Shown here in pieces: positions 1 through 14,001 of a stretch of DNA of 64,000 nucleotides. This DNA is from Leptogorgia sarmentosa (Eukaryota), in the NCBI GenBank assembly GCA_964658305.1, contig OZ210885.1:248001-312000 (forward strand). Direction: 5' to 3'. Both the position numbers and the translations under genes were made by a program. Each line of letters opens with the position of its first letter. Position 1 is the first letter of the stretch. A model generated the notes under the pieces. That model worked only from the letters and a program-made list of their open reading frames with translations. It made no database searches and was not told where the DNA came from.

Positions 1-669
1 TCAACGCGTATAATTCGGTGATTGGAATGTAAATGATTGACTGATCTGACAACAAACTATATTATTTAAACAACTATTAACCGCAACCCATAAAACCAAT
101 TGCAAGCATTGTTGTCTTGCATGTTTATCGAAGTTCTAGGTCATTCCCAAAAATAATCATGGACGTGTTCAAACGTGTTCCTGAAACTCGAAACTATTGA
201 TGACTGAAGTCATTCTTGGCGCAGTGCTATACTGATTGTTTTAAATTGCTGGAACTTCCGTCTTTCGAGATGCATTGTCAAAAATTTTAAAATGTACATG
301 CAGAAAGGACCCACTATTTGTAAAAGAAAGAACCAACCATTTGTAATACTTTGGTGAAGTTAAATGAACCTGTTTCATAAAATAATCACTAGAAAAACTA
401 CAACAATACAATTTTGAGAATTTCGATATCACAACTTAAGATATCCATTCTAAGACTTTTCGGACTTGATTTTATTTAGACAAAGAAAAGGACCGAAGCT
501 CAAATTGCATTCCTTTCTATCATGTAGAAAAATATACAGAAAGAATATTTTCTGTTTTTCTCGCCTGCGTGGCAGGCCACACAGCCTCTCTGGTTTGGGG
601 AGGTTTTGATACTGTTCTCCAAAATAATGTGGTCCAATGTTTTAGTGATTTGTGAGACAAACGTCTTAC

Positions 670-725
670 CTGTTTAACTGCAGTAACATGCTACCAACTA
701 GGACAAATAATTCTGACGTCTTCAT
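670..725 (-). CDS. FReD gene copy 0, first (signal-peptide) exon; the rest of the gene lies left of the window
   Basis: ATG AAG ACG TCA GAA TTA TTT GTC CTA GTT GGT AGC ATG TTA CTG CAG TTA AAC AG|gtaag = MKTSELFVLVGSMLLQLN, hydrophobic. Its phase-2 donor matches the phase of FReD exon 2 in the other copies. Confidence 0.75.
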
Positions 726-2004
726 GATCGACTGGAAATAAACTGTCTGTAGTGAAAAACACTTTTCTAACGACGACACAAGTAAACAGGAAGATAATGA
801 CATGTTCAGTGTGTGGATATCAAGTTCTAAACTAATTAGAATAATTTAATTAATTAATTAAGTATACCTATACAGCGGTGAGCAGGTCAGGAAAAGGTCG
901 TTTCAGGGGCGCTCTGGCCCTGGTTATTATTTTTTAGTTACTAGACACTCTGTAAGCATTTTAGTAGGTACACCAGTTAAAATCGAGACATATGAGTGAT
1001 AAAATTGATATGTTAAGTGTGTTAAATTGATACATACCTTACTTGTATTACGATTCGCGTGGTACTCGTTTCGCTCAGTTGTAATTTCGCGCGATTAAAT
1101 TTAGCACATCTTTTAGAGAACTCACTCGCACAGCTTTTCATTCGCGCAGAAAATTACCCCAAGAAGACTTGGAGATGATTTTTGAAAGGTGGCTCCTGAT
1201 ATATGTATTATTTTTGCCACGAGATGGAGCATAGCAGTAACGAGTTTAGGAATTTGTTGAAATTACGAAATAAATTAGTGAAGCTTTTTAAAAACATGAT
1301 GACAGTCATGAACTATAGAACATGTTTGGCAGAGAATGTAACAGCAAAAGTTCTTCATTTGTCGAAGGAACCGTGATTGCTTAAACGTACTTGGAGAAGC
1401 GTTTTGAGGGAAGCAGAACGAAGTTGGGGCGGGAGGGGGGGGCGGGGGCGGGAGTGTTGCCTTTTGAGAATCTGTGCCAACACATTTGAAAATAACTGTG
1501 GATTCCATATGGGAAACCTTAGAAAAATATATTGCTGCACACTCACCAAACATTATTTTAAATCAACATGCTAGCGTTCGACAAGCCATGATTTTATCAA
1601 CAACGGTACATCATTTTGATACAGTAAAACGAATTCCAAAATAATCAACCTTTATAATTGATACATTTTTGGTTATGCTTTCATGCAATCTTTCATTTAG
1701 GAAAGAAATAAAATATTTTAAAATGATCTTCATAGTTCAACCTGAATATGTAAACATTCCTCTGTGACTCAATGTATCGCTTTCAGAACAACCTTGTGTG
1801 TACTTTAAACACATTTAGAAGTGTTTAATGTCATTATAATTGAGATGGCAATTTGAAATCTTGTGCATTTAACTGTATAATTCTTTATTGTTTGTAGTAC
1901 ACTTCTACATATTCTCAGAATTGTGGCAATTGAAATATGAATTAATAAATTTTATATAAAACTGAATGGTTTCAATATGTATGCATTAAAAATCGCTTGC
2001 TGAG

Positions 2005-2150
2005 CATTTTAATGCATTAATGAATATTAAAATATTCATTAATGAATATTAAAATATTCTATATCAATATTCTGGGCATTTAATATAATATTCTGGGCAT
2101 TTAATATAATATTCTGGGCATTTTAATGAGTATTAAAATATTCTATATGT
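2005..2150. repeat. AT-rich minisatellite (AATGAATATTAAAATATTC and AATATAATATTCTGGGCATTT units)
   Basis: Short tandem units are visible directly. The same tract is at ~17210-17355 and is removed by a ~400 bp deletion in unit 3 (junction ~41730). Confidence 0.8.
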
Positions 2151-3753
2151 TCTCATGTTAAAACTATTTGTATCATCACAATTAACCTTTTAAATATCTC
2201 TCTTTCACTACGAAGTCAAAACAAACATTCTGTGGCCATTCAACCATCACACGGCCCAACGAATACAGATTTCGTAAGACGTGCAAATGCCACAAATAAA
2301 GGTACATAACCGCAAGACAACACTTGTAGAAAAAATCCTTAGCTGTTTGAGGATGTTTGACATTATTCTACGAGGAAAAACAAAATGGAAACTGATTTTT
2401 TTCTGTGCAATAGAGTCTAAGTAGGTACGGAAGTTCATACCTGGAATTCCAATGCAAATGTTACAAAAGTCTCTTTTAAACCAGGCAAATGTTACAAAAG
2501 TCTCTTTTAAACCAGTTATCGCCTTATAAGGATGTCATAAATTGATTTTAAATCACGAGATGTTTCGAGCACAATAGATATTGCGTAAAATCAAGGTGTT
2601 GTCACAAATGCAATATACACAATATATACGCATATATACTATGCCTACATCAATTCGCTACAGTACCTTCAATAATTACCTATTCCTCACCATTCATTAA
2701 TTCTGGTAAGTATAGTTGTATTATTGATCGACCATTGTACAAATTATGCAAGAGGTACGAACTCGCACTAATCTTTGCTGTCTTTAAAGCTAAACCGATC
2801 GAAATATCGACTCTACAGTTTCCGGACGATCCACACTTGAAAGATCCACCACCATTAACTTCGGTAAGTCTAATTTTATATATCGCTCATTATTGGAATT
2901 TCTACCAGTTGATGTAAACACACATACTTGCGACTGGTAGTTAGCTCTGCATTAGAGCAATGAATTGAAGGCCGAAACATGCGATTCGGACTCTCTATTC
3001 GACTCTTACGTCTAGGAAATCCACCAATAATCTCTGTAGATTTCATAGTTTTATTAACAGGTAGAGCAGCACTGGTCAAATGAAAAACTGGTATTTGAAA
3101 ACGTCTCGAAACTGTTATTTCTTTATCAAATCAAGTTCAAGTGCGTACTTTAGACATAAAAGTAAAGTAGTGACCAAAGACGGATTTTAGAAACATTGTA
3201 TTTTGCTAATCTATTGTAACTGGACCATGTTCCACAAATGAAAAACTGGTGATATAAAAACGTCTCAAAACTCTTCTTTCAAATTCAAGTGCGTACTTAG
3301 AACTGGATAGCGATACTTGGAATTGCAAACAAATGCAAAATACCTCAAGATATATCAGATTATAAATGTAAGATAAACGAGGAAGTCTAAACAATTATTT
3401 TGTGACCATCGAACCATCACGGGGCCCAATAGATGCAAATGTCGTGATAGACACAAACGCCACAGCAGATTCAATTAGATAATCCCATTTTAGGGAGGTT
3501 TTATTAACACTATTCTACGAGAATAAGCCACAGAGAAACTCTCTTAAAAATGTATGATCTTTCGCTATGTAATTGTGTCGAAGTAGACAATTGAAATTGA
3601 TAGTTAGAATTGCAAACAATTGCAAATATGCCAACATATATATGGGACTGTCACAGCGTGATGATTTGAAATGAACTGTCAATCAAAACCAGTTATCTGA
3701 GACTGATGTTTGAACACCAGATATTTTGAGCACAATAGATACTGCGTAAAGTC

Positions 3754-4596
3754 GGGACTAACTAATAGTCGTGGGTCGAGTGTCGGGAGTTAAAGGTCGT
3801 GGGTCGGGGGTGAAAGGTCGTGGGTCGTAGGTAAAAAGTCGTGGGTTACGAATGAAGGTCGTGGGTTGTATTTTTTTAGGTTTTTTAACATTTTAAAAGT
3901 GAAAAACGTGTAATTATAACAGTCGTTAACTATGCAACACGGACAAAATAACTTCATAAAATAACGATGTATTGAGAAAAAAATATTCTTTTATGAAAAT
4001 CTAACCCTTTAAATTTATTATAAGTTCTGTTGTTATACACTAATTTCATTTCTCATGATCACACATGATTTGATCATGTAGAATACGTTTATGCTCTTCA
4101 TTCAAGAACGGAACCAAATCTTGCGGTACTCTTACCATTCCAGGAATGAAAAACTGATGCCGTACAGTTACGCAGTTTGGATTTAAATGGAAATATACAT
4201 TTGATACGTGCTGATTTTGTTTCATTGTGTTACTAGTAGTATCGTAGTACGAACGTTCATCTCCGCTGACTATAACTAAGTCCTCTAAGTCCACCACATC
4301 CATAACAGACTCTCACTGAAGGATGTTGATGCTGGATCAAGCCGATCACGAAAGTCCCAAACGGAGGCACTTGTCTGGCGGGCGCTGGATTCGCAAAAGG
4401 TTGACGTTGATTTGCGGATGTATTGCGAGATTGTTGTGGTAGCTGAATGACAGTGTGAATTGTCATTTTGACAAATCCGACTATTATAATTACACGTTTT
4501 TCACTTTTAAAATGTTAAAAAACATAAAAAAATACAACCCACGACCTTTATTCGTAACCCACGATTTTTACCTACGACCCACGACCTTTCACCCAC
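3754..4596. mobile_element. Unclassified non-autonomous TIR DNA element with GGTCGTGG-rich TIRs and a Cys/His ORF fragment (unit 1 copy)
   Basis: 3808-3920 is the inverted repeat of 4484-4596, and the right TIR lacks its outer ~50 bp. It interrupts a GCGTAAA(G/A)TCAAGGTGTTG motif that is uninterrupted at ~2583-2600. The minus-strand fragment has CYGC...NVYFHLNPNC and is frameshifted in this copy. Confidence 0.7.
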
Positions 4597-5472
4597 AAGT
4601 CAAGGTGTTGTCACAAATGCAATATACACTTGACGCTGCCTACATCAATTCGCTACAATACCTTCAATAATTACCTATTCCTGAAGGGTGGCCATTTAAA
4701 TTCTGTGTACGCATAAAGGATAAGATCTCACAATCAATCTCAGCAGATTTGGGAGCGGACAGGATATAAGTAGGGCAATAAACTAGATTACTGAAGGTTG
4801 ACAGTTTAAATTATGTGTACTTATAAAAGATATGACCTCATAATCAATGTCTCTAGACTTGATAACTTTGCAGATAAAAAGTAGGCAGAATTCGGAATAA
4901 GTTCAATTAAAACGTGGATCAGCGACCGGATGAGAAATTTAATTTCCCCCAAACTCCGTCGCCAATAGCTTGACAGGCAATGCAGTGGACTGCATGCCCT
5001 CTTGATGTTGAGACATTGGCTTGAGAGCCAAACAGATAAAAGCAAAGTAGATCAGACGATCCAGCATCAGTTTTTGAAAATTGTATTCTGCTAACATAAC
5101 ATAACATAACTTGTACTGTTATAATAAGTATAACTGAGTGTATATTGTACGTTATTTTCAACTGCCTTATTACCATGTTCCGTCCTTCTATCAGCTTGAA
5201 ATTCTTTCCGACAACATTTGACATTGCTATCTACTATCTACACTGGCCAAATATCAAAATTTGTTTGAGCTTCTCATTGTATTCGCTGTCTCTAAAAACA
5301 TGGCGTTGATTGGTATATTATCCATTCCATTGGTATTATTTAAAATATTATAAACTCATAACCCATTGTCGTTGCTATAGCTATTATAATGCAGAGGTAT
5401 TGTACGTCAAATCAGATCAAATCATATCCTTCCTCTCTTCTTTTCTCTCAGAACCATAAAAAGTGACCAGTG

Positions 5473-8400
5473 ATGAAGTACAAGATTACTGTGGAAACTG
5501 GTACACTACGCAGCGCTGGCACAGATGCGTCTGTTTCAATCAAACTCACTGGTACATTTCATTTTTAATTATTCTATTTTGTTCTTACCATAACTCAGAA
5601 ACTTGACGAAAAAGTGAGAATGTAAACGGTAATTGTAACCAGAGGAAAACACTCTCAGTAATGATTTCGATTTAGATAAAAAAAGAAACTTAACGTTGCG
5701 AGAGTTAGCGAGAATTCTGTATTTGGGGCATCTACTGGCTGCAGGAAGCAAGTAGTTTGAGTCGCTCCCTTAGTGGGTTATAGTTAGTTGAGTTAATAAA
5801 GATTTTTTCCGTGCAGTAGCATGTAGCAGCTTGGAGATATAATGGTGCGATAGTGAGTACAGTTATATGGGTTTTAAAGTACACTAAGTACGGATAATAA
5901 ATATCGCAGGGGTCGAAAGTATATTTTGTCTTTTTCTTGAGTCGTCATATTTCCAGTTACATGTGCCCTTCTTCCATCGACAGGTAACACTGGAGCTGAG
6001 ACAAAGAAATTCTCGCTCAACAAGTTTTTTCACAACGACTTCGAACGAGGTGACACGGACACTTATGACGTAAGTGGTGATGACGTTGGAGATGTTGTAA
6101 TGATCACCTTGAATAATAATGGAATGGGCTTTAAAAGTGATTGGTATATTGCTAAAGTCATTGTGGAGAAGGATACGGAAGCTGGAGATGAAAAGTTTGA
6201 GTTTCCTTGCTATCGCTGGGTTATCGATCATTTGGTAGTCTTTGAAGGCAAAGGTACAACACTAAGATGTGTTTTTTCTTCAGCCTGTGACATTATAAAG
6301 CTCGTAAAATTCTGTTGAATTTTATTTCGGCATTTCAAAGTTTTTTTGAGTGAAATACTTTTTCTTAAAAATTTTGCCAGGAAGCGTCCGGGACAATATC
6401 GTTTACAATTAAAGTTTTTGGTTTCTTTTTGGTCCCGGTTCCTGTTTTTTGACGATCTAAATTTCTCCTTTCACTGTAGCATTGTTGCCCAATTCTAAAG
6501 ACAGTTGCAAAGTCATTGCTGAGCAACGCAAAAATGAAGTGAATGAAAACAGGAAACTATACAAGTGGGGCAGCGATCCAAGATATACTCAAGATCTTCC
6601 AGGATTTATGGAAGCCAAAGATCCGCAGTCTTTGCCAAAAGACGTGCAGTTTACTGACGAGGCCACGTTATCCCTATTCCGAGTAGGTTTGGTAGATTTT
6701 GAAAATCTTGGCTTGAGTCACATTTTTGATGTCTGCGATTCATGGGATTGCTTGGAAGATTTCCGACAACTCATCACTCCAGTTATTCCTGGCGGTCTCC
6801 CTCACGCTGCTGAGTACTGGCGAGATGACGTGTGGTTTGGATCACAATTCCTTAACGGCTCCAATCCTAAAGTGATCAGAAAATGTAAAAAGCTACCGAA
6901 TAATTTCCCCGTGAAGAATGAAATGGTAGACAAGTTGTTAGACCGTGGATATAATCTGGAAAAAGCAATGAAGGTATGCTTGCTTTTTTGTGGTTTTGTT
7001 TTGCTTTCAGTAGGAGGAGTTGTAAAAAGATCAACCCTGTCCTCCTTGGCCCATAGCATTTTTGACATTCAGTTCTTAAATCATTTCCTTCAAAAAGTCA
7101 GCATTGGTTTGGCATTTCAGTGTTATATTTGTTGCACTGAGTTTTAAAAAGGGCCATTTTTCAACTAAACACTGTTTTGAGGTCATTTTCCAGCCTTCAA
7201 ATACATTTTATTTTACTAAGCTGAAGAGAAGTTGATTGTTTAATCGGTGATAGTACTTAAAGTTGCAGGGAAAATATTAAATTGTTCTGAAACCCATTTT
7301 TGCTCAAATGAAAGTTCTATTTTACAAAATATAATTTATTATTAATAGGATGGCTTCATCTTCCTCGTTGACTACAAAATCCTTGAAGGAGTGGCAACAA
7401 TGGACAAACCAAAGGATAAGCGTTACATCACACCAGCGATGGGGCTGTTTTACCTAAAAAAAAACGACGATATAGTGCCAATTGCCATTCAACTAGGTCA
7501 GCAGCCTGGCCCCAACATCCCAATATGGACGCCTCAACAAGACGCAGAATGGGACTGGATTATGGCAAAACTTTGGCTTCGTTGCGCTGACACACAATGT
7601 CATCAGGTACATGTGGTTGAGGAAATATCCTCAACGAATTTCGTCACAATTCGTTTGTGTAATTACTCGATTTCATGGTTCTGTATTTTCTACAATTTTT
7701 GAGTTTGAATTTCTAAATCTCCACTTTCAGAATAATCACCTTGGACATAAAATGCAGTTAGAGATCGCTGTAAATAATACTAATAATATTTTCGTTGCAG
7801 ATGATTACTCATCTTCTTCGTTGTCATTTAATGATGGAACCAGCTGCAGTGGCCTCTTGGCGCAATCTTTCATCTGTTCATCCAGTCTGGAAGCTTTTAT
7901 ATCCGCACACCAAAGGAATTATGGCGATCAACACTCTCGGCCGCAACAAATTGATTCCAGAGGGTGGTGCAGCTGACAAAGTTCTTAGTATCGGTGGTGG
8001 AGGCCAAGTCACCATAATGCAGAAGCACTACAGAAGTGTAACATTTGATAGTTATGATTTGATCAAAGATCTCACTGATCGTGGTGTCAAAGATCTACGA
8101 AAATTCCATTACAAAAATGATGCTTTGCTTCTCTGGGATGCCATCCATCAGTTTGTGAAAGATATCATTCACATTTACTACAAAGACGACACTCGTGTTC
8201 AAAAGGTAAATGATTGCATGATCATATGCTCTTAAGGCCCATTTATTTAGTCGCAGGGACGTAAGAATGGGGTGCGTAAGAATGGGGTGCCACAACTTTT
8301 ACATCACTCAAAGATTCCCTTTTTTTTAGGTAAAGTTTTCTTTTTGTGTATACGTGTCAATGTCAAATGCCCTTTTCATGTGACGTTAATTTTTTGTGGC

Positions 8401-9594
8401 AGTATTTTGATTCGCCAGAATACGAATCGTGCCTCACAAATCGCAACGTGTGTAAAAGGACCTTTAAATCTCAATGTATAGAACATGATATATCTAAATC
8501 ATATTCCCACATACGTGTAGCTGTACTGTACCATGCGTATCAAGCAGCAGTCCAGTCCAAAACTTTGTCGTTTACCGGCTCTCTTTTTCACCTGGTCCAT
8601 TGGTTTCAGCCCATTTTATCTCATGTTGTTTAGGATAATGAGATTCAAGACTGGATTCGTGATCTCCATGATAACGGCTACAAATCTGGAAGCGACAATG
8701 TGGATAAAAAAGTGCCGCAGTCGTTCAAGAAACGTGACGAACTCATCCATTTTCTCACCATCGTTATCTTCACCTGTTCTTGCCAACATGCTGCTGTGAA
8801 CTTCTCTCAGTTAGCTACATATGGTTTCCATCCCAATGCTCCAACCTTGATGAGACAACCACCGCCTACCAAAAGAGGACAAGTTGATCTCACTGCCATC
8901 ATGTCTACTCTGGCAAATAAACACCAAGCTGGTCAAATGGTCAGCATTGTGAATGCCTTAACTACGATTTATCCAACTGAGGTATATAAATTAAAAATAA
9001 TTTAGTTCATCATTGAGTCGCTGAGAGTTCAGGGATCGTTAATATTGCTTTTTCACAACGAACAAGCAGGCATTGGAAATTGCTAGATGTTAGTTGTACT
9101 GTAGGTGCGGTCGGCAAAAAATAGTAGCAAAGTGCCCTCTGGCGGGAGGTGCCCCTCTTGCCCTTTTGGTATCCCAAAGTGCCCTCTCGCGGGAGGAGCC
9201 CCCCTTGCCCTTTTGGTATCCCTGACTATAATCATAATTAATTAACTTTTCACAACAAAGTTAATCCCAAACGAAAAAAACATAACGTACCATGTACTTC
9301 AAGATGAAATCTTCAAGCTGTTCCAAGTTTCTTCTAAAGTTTACGGGATTGTGTTAGGGTTACTTTTCTTTGCACCTCCAAGTTTACAGAATTAATAATA
9401 GTCTTTGATTTTAGAAATTTCTCGGTGATTATGCCGACAATCTGTTTGGTGATGCTTCAGCACAAGCTGCTATGGCGAAATTCAAGGCTGAGCTTGAAGT
9501 GATAACAGAGAAAATCAACAAAAGAAATGAAGGAATGGTCGCTCCTTATGCATGGCTTCTGCCTGGTCGTGTACCAAACAGTATCGCCATTTAA
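5473..9594 (+). CDS. 11R-LOX: Arachidonate lipoxygenase, 11R-LOX-like (PLAT + LOX catalytic domain), copy 1, intact, 677 aa
   Basis: GT-AG exons 5473-5551, 5984-6253, 6480-6973, 7349-7606, 7801-8205, 8634-8981 and 9415-9594 join in frame (2034 nt). Motifs: MKYKITVETG...AGTDA, FPCYRW, iron ligands THLLRCH and QHAAVN, C-terminal PNSIAI, Gly at the Coffa site (INTLGR, R-type). Confidence 0.95.
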
Positions 9595-12500
9595 TTTTAT
9601 TTTTTTCCTAATAACTGCAAACTTATATTGGCCTAATAAGTTCATTGATATTTTTGACTGTGATTTCTTTTAATATAACATTTCTAATATGTTCTACACA
9701 CGATGTATTTCTTCTCGAGAATTGTAGTTTTGTACTCGACTGCTTAACTTAATGTACTGAATAAAGATATGGCCACTCGTACTCGTCACATCGTATCGCC
9801 GACTTTGCTTATGTTCATTTTTCCAGTTGTATCTAGGCAAAATTCAAAATTCATTTTCTTACATATTTTGCATGTAAGTGGTTCAAATCAAGGATCTGGA
9901 GAAAAGCTAAGATTTCGGCCATATCTTAGGCGGGTGGCCCTGGTATACAAATTTTTAAATAGAAAATAATCGCACATTAGTTTACCTTGATCTGTTACTG
10001 TAACGCCGAATGCGAAAACTACCCAGGATTTTCAAAAACTTTGGCTGAAATGAGTAACATCCGTAAATCGCATGTGATGACGTAAGCTCCCTTTTGTTCG
10101 ATTATACGCATGCGCATCATCGGAGTCTGTTTTTTCCTCGTCAGAAGTACGCACACTGCTCAAGGTGACACCGCTGGCATTGGTGGCATCACCACGTCGT
10201 TTAAACTTATTTTCCAGCAAAATATCTCATCAAAACACACTTTTTTAACAATTCGTAACATTTTTTGAAAATTCGTAAGATTGTTGAAAATATTTTAGAA
10301 CGACAATTTTGATAGACGTCGCGGAGGAGGAGGGAAGTGAGTGAATCGGCTTCAACCGGAATTGACAATAGCAAAAAAGATATGGCGGCATGTACATTTT
10401 ACCAGAATACATATTGCTAAAAAAACAAGAAGCATAGCTAATGGACAGAAATTTCAACACTAGTAGGAAAATAAATTAATGTCTTATAAATTGAAAAATT
10501 AAAATATAAATTAATCTGCTTGTCAAACGATTTCAGACTGCAATGCATTCTCGTAAAATGCACATGGTCAATTACGCGGTTTTCGTTGTGTCTCCAGCTA
10601 AACATCTAATGTCGATGAACTACTTGTATTCTACTGCTGACACACTTTTAAAATGCATAGTAAGCGGATAAGCGAAGCGGAAGTTCTGAATGCCAAAATT
10701 TATTATTTTATACGGCTATCAGGGCCGTAATCGCGAAGGTTTGGTGAGATGGATTCAGTATATGAGGCCGAAGATTGTAAATTTCTAGTAGGGACATAAT
10801 TATATCTCGGCCACGATGCGAAATTTCCGAAATAAAATATTCAAGAGTTCCAGCCTTATTTGACATATGCAGGCACTCACTCGTTGCAAGTTTAGGATTT
10901 TCGGCATTAAGACGAGTGGACAGCGAATGACTGAATAAAACAATCAATCATTGCGTCCACTATCAATCATATATCTCTGACCAAAAAGACCGGGAGTAGC
11001 ACCCCTCCACACACACACCCCACTTGGTACGCCCGGATTTAATCGGCCACTGCTGAAAAAAATATTGGAATTTTACGATTATGTTTTATATTTATGAAGC
11101 GTTTTGACCATCACAACATAACCATAACCAGCTCAGAAATATAAAGAGAATATTTTACATTTTGAAATTTTCTGGTCTTATCTTCAACGCACTGTTTTTA
11201 AGAGAGTAAGCAGATCCCTTCCAGTGGTACCATGTAACACCGCTATAATCCCGATGACTATGAGAGCCATGATAATACATGCCATTTAGGTTTGACCAAC
11301 AACAAGCGTTATACCACCATGGACCTTTATAGTACTCTGCACAGTTTTTCTCCCAATCATCATTATCTGAATCTTTAGTTGAAAATGCTGATCCTCTGTG
11401 ATACGTTAAAGAATCGCCAGCCGTACCTAAAGATAAGGACGAGAAAGTAAAAGTTTTCTCAATATAAAAACTATTATTTGTATATGACATTTGAATTCGG
11501 TCTGCGATATTATAGCTCCTCGCATAGCACAGAATGCGAGTTTTTTCATACGGCCACAAAATATAAATTTAGCAATCGCAAAAAAATTTGAAAATAAAAA
11601 TTAAAAGAAACAAAAATCTATATATCGCAACCATTGAACTATGGAAAGTGTAGCTGCAAATTCAAAATTTTCCGAATCTTTGAAAGCATTTAAGTGTTCG
11701 CTCTTCATAACAATCCGCCATATCTTTGAGATCAGTGATGACCACCCACCAACTTTGAACGGCAACAAAAAATGGCGGCCAGGTTGACGAACCTTTCATT
11801 TTGTCTCTCCGTTCATGCCCTTACTCACCGGAATAACTACCGAGACTCAGTTGATACTTTGACCTCTCACTTGTAATGGCAAAATAACTGTATTCTGCAT
11901 ATTTCGTATTTCCTGCTGTATCACCGAGATCTACACGAAGGCGGTTTTTTCCAAACCTTGTTAGCCTATACATCTTTTCTAATCCAAGCCAGAATTCACC
12001 ATCAAGCTCACCAAATCCATTTTTAGAATCTTGCCATCCTCGGTAGAAATCAACACTTCCATCGAGACGACGTTGAAACACAGTCCATCCTCCACCGGAA
12101 GTTGTCATGTCACAAAACACTTTGAATCTTCCCCTTCCGTCTGGATCAATAAAGAAAATGCCGTCCGCTCTGAATCCTTTCTTGTAATACTCTGCTCAGT
12201 TTTTCTCTAAATAACATAACATAATAAACTGTGCCTGCTTGGGTGCTGTCTGGGACGTAACTCCAGGAAACACGAGTAAAATTACAAAAAGGAATTGGCT
12301 TGTGGAAGAAAACAGTAGACTGCAAATGGCAAAGTTCGATCTAAGAATAAGTTGGGCTACACTAAAACTCGTCTAGTTGAAAAGTCTGTCTAGAGTAATT
12401 TAGCCCTTGTGCAAATCACTGTCATTCCTATTTTATTGCAACACTGCAGCTATTTTTTGTAATATTCAATTAATGTAACGCTATAATAATACTTATTAAC

Positions 12501-14001
12501 GGAGCGCAAGGTCTGTGCGAAGATAATATTTGTACAGTCTCGTAGGGCGAAAAAGACCAGAGTATAGGCTGTTTTCACTTTTCCGTACACTATATGCACT
12601 ATATATAATGCTGTAAAACAGTGAAATAGCTACCATTTGACAATTTAGTTATATACCCAGGATATTTTTCGACGTACCTGTTTGGTTATTATTGGGAACA
12701 AATACTTTCCAAATTGCATCAATTTTCGTCTGCATATCGTTAAGGCGAACTTCAAAGTTATTTATATTACAGCTCAGTTGAGCTCGTGACAATTTCGTTG
12801 AGGTAACAGGTATACCATGCGATGTGCTAAAAAAATAGGATAAAGACGCAGTGTAGTAGTATACGTACAGCTAATTCAAAAAAGTTGTCCAGTGAAAACG
12901 TTAAACTCTAAACCTAGAACATTGAACTCTAAGCGTGGAAAGCGTAATGAGAGCACAAGTTTCCAACTTTCTCGTTAAATATTTTCCACTATTTTTGAAT
13001 GATTGTACATGTATTATGACTATTATGCTCGCTGGGAGGTATAATCCATGTCTCTAAGGATTGATCTCCGCCATATATGACTTCTAAACGTTTAGAGTTT
13101 AGCGTTTAGAGTTTTATAGAGTTCGCAAAAGGTTGTTTTGTTGTAGTATAAACCCTTCATTCATTCTGGTATAGAACCTAATTTCCTTTTAAGGCGCGTG
13201 AGAATGCTAGGCGCATGATTTTAACATTTTGGAAACTTTATACCTTGACTGTGCGTATATAAAATTAATAGTTACAAAGTAAGTAATCTACTTGTACATA
13301 ATACGTACACGTAATTAATATGCTCAACGCGTATAATTCGGTGATTGGAATGTAAATGATTGACTGATCTGACAACAAATTATATTAAACAACTATTAAC
13401 CGCAACCCATAAAATTGCGCGCATTGTTGTCTTGTTTATCGAAGTTCTAGGTCATTCCCAAAAATAATCATGGATGTGTTCAAACGTGTTCCTGAAACTC
13501 GAAACTATTGATGACTGAGTCATTCTTGGCGCAGTGCTATACTGATTGTTTTAAATTGCTGGAAATTTCGTCTTTCGAGATGCATTGTCAACAATTTAAA
13601 ATGTACAGAAAGGACCTACTATTTGTAAAAGAAAGAACCAACCATTTGTAATACTTTGGTGAAGTTAAATGAACCTGTTTCATAAAATAATCACTAGAAA
13701 AACTACAACAATACAATATTGAGAATTTCGATATCACAACTTAAGATATCCATTCTAAGACCTTTTCGGACTTGATTTTATTTAGACAAAGAAAAGGACC
13801 GAAGCTCAAATTGCATTCCTTCCTATCATGTAGAAAAATATACAGAAAGAATATTTTCTGTTTTTCTCGCCTGCGTGGCAGGCCACACAGCCACTCTGGT
13901 TTGGGAAGATTTGATACTGTTCTCCAAAATAATGTGGTCCAATGTTTTAGTGATTTGTGAGACGTCTTACCTGCTTAACCGCAGTAACATGCTACCAACT
14001 A

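Noticed and set aside
5440..5475. Possible coral allene oxide synthase-LOX fusion (a splice acceptor lies just upstream of the LOX ATG)
   Set aside because: An in-frame TGA (5464-5466) precedes the ATG, copy 4 has an in-frame TAA, and no catalase-like exons are visible. The acceptor is probably a 5' UTR intron.
241..5751. Many short ORFs in the spacer that recur in each unit (e.g. 1275-1553, 2735-2917, 4821-5045)
   Set aside because: Recurrence reflects recent DNA duplication. They have no recognisable domains, frames shift between units at homopolymers, and many start at non-ATG codons.
9103..9226. GC-rich ~48-bp tandem pair in LOX copy 1 intron 6, and a similar GGGCC-rich patch in intron 5
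   Set aside because: Probably MITE remnants, but I could not establish termini or a TSD.
12196..12198. TGA aligned to a conserved Cys in FReD copy 1 as possible selenocysteine
   Set aside because: The same copy is also broken by a transposon, sister copies have TGC, and I see no copy-specific SECIS. A nonsense mutation is simpler.
12232..12275. Possible extra FReD mini-exon (VTSQTAPK)
   Set aside because: No conserved GT donor is present across copies, and exon 2 splices to exon 3 in frame without it. It cannot be excluded without RNA data.
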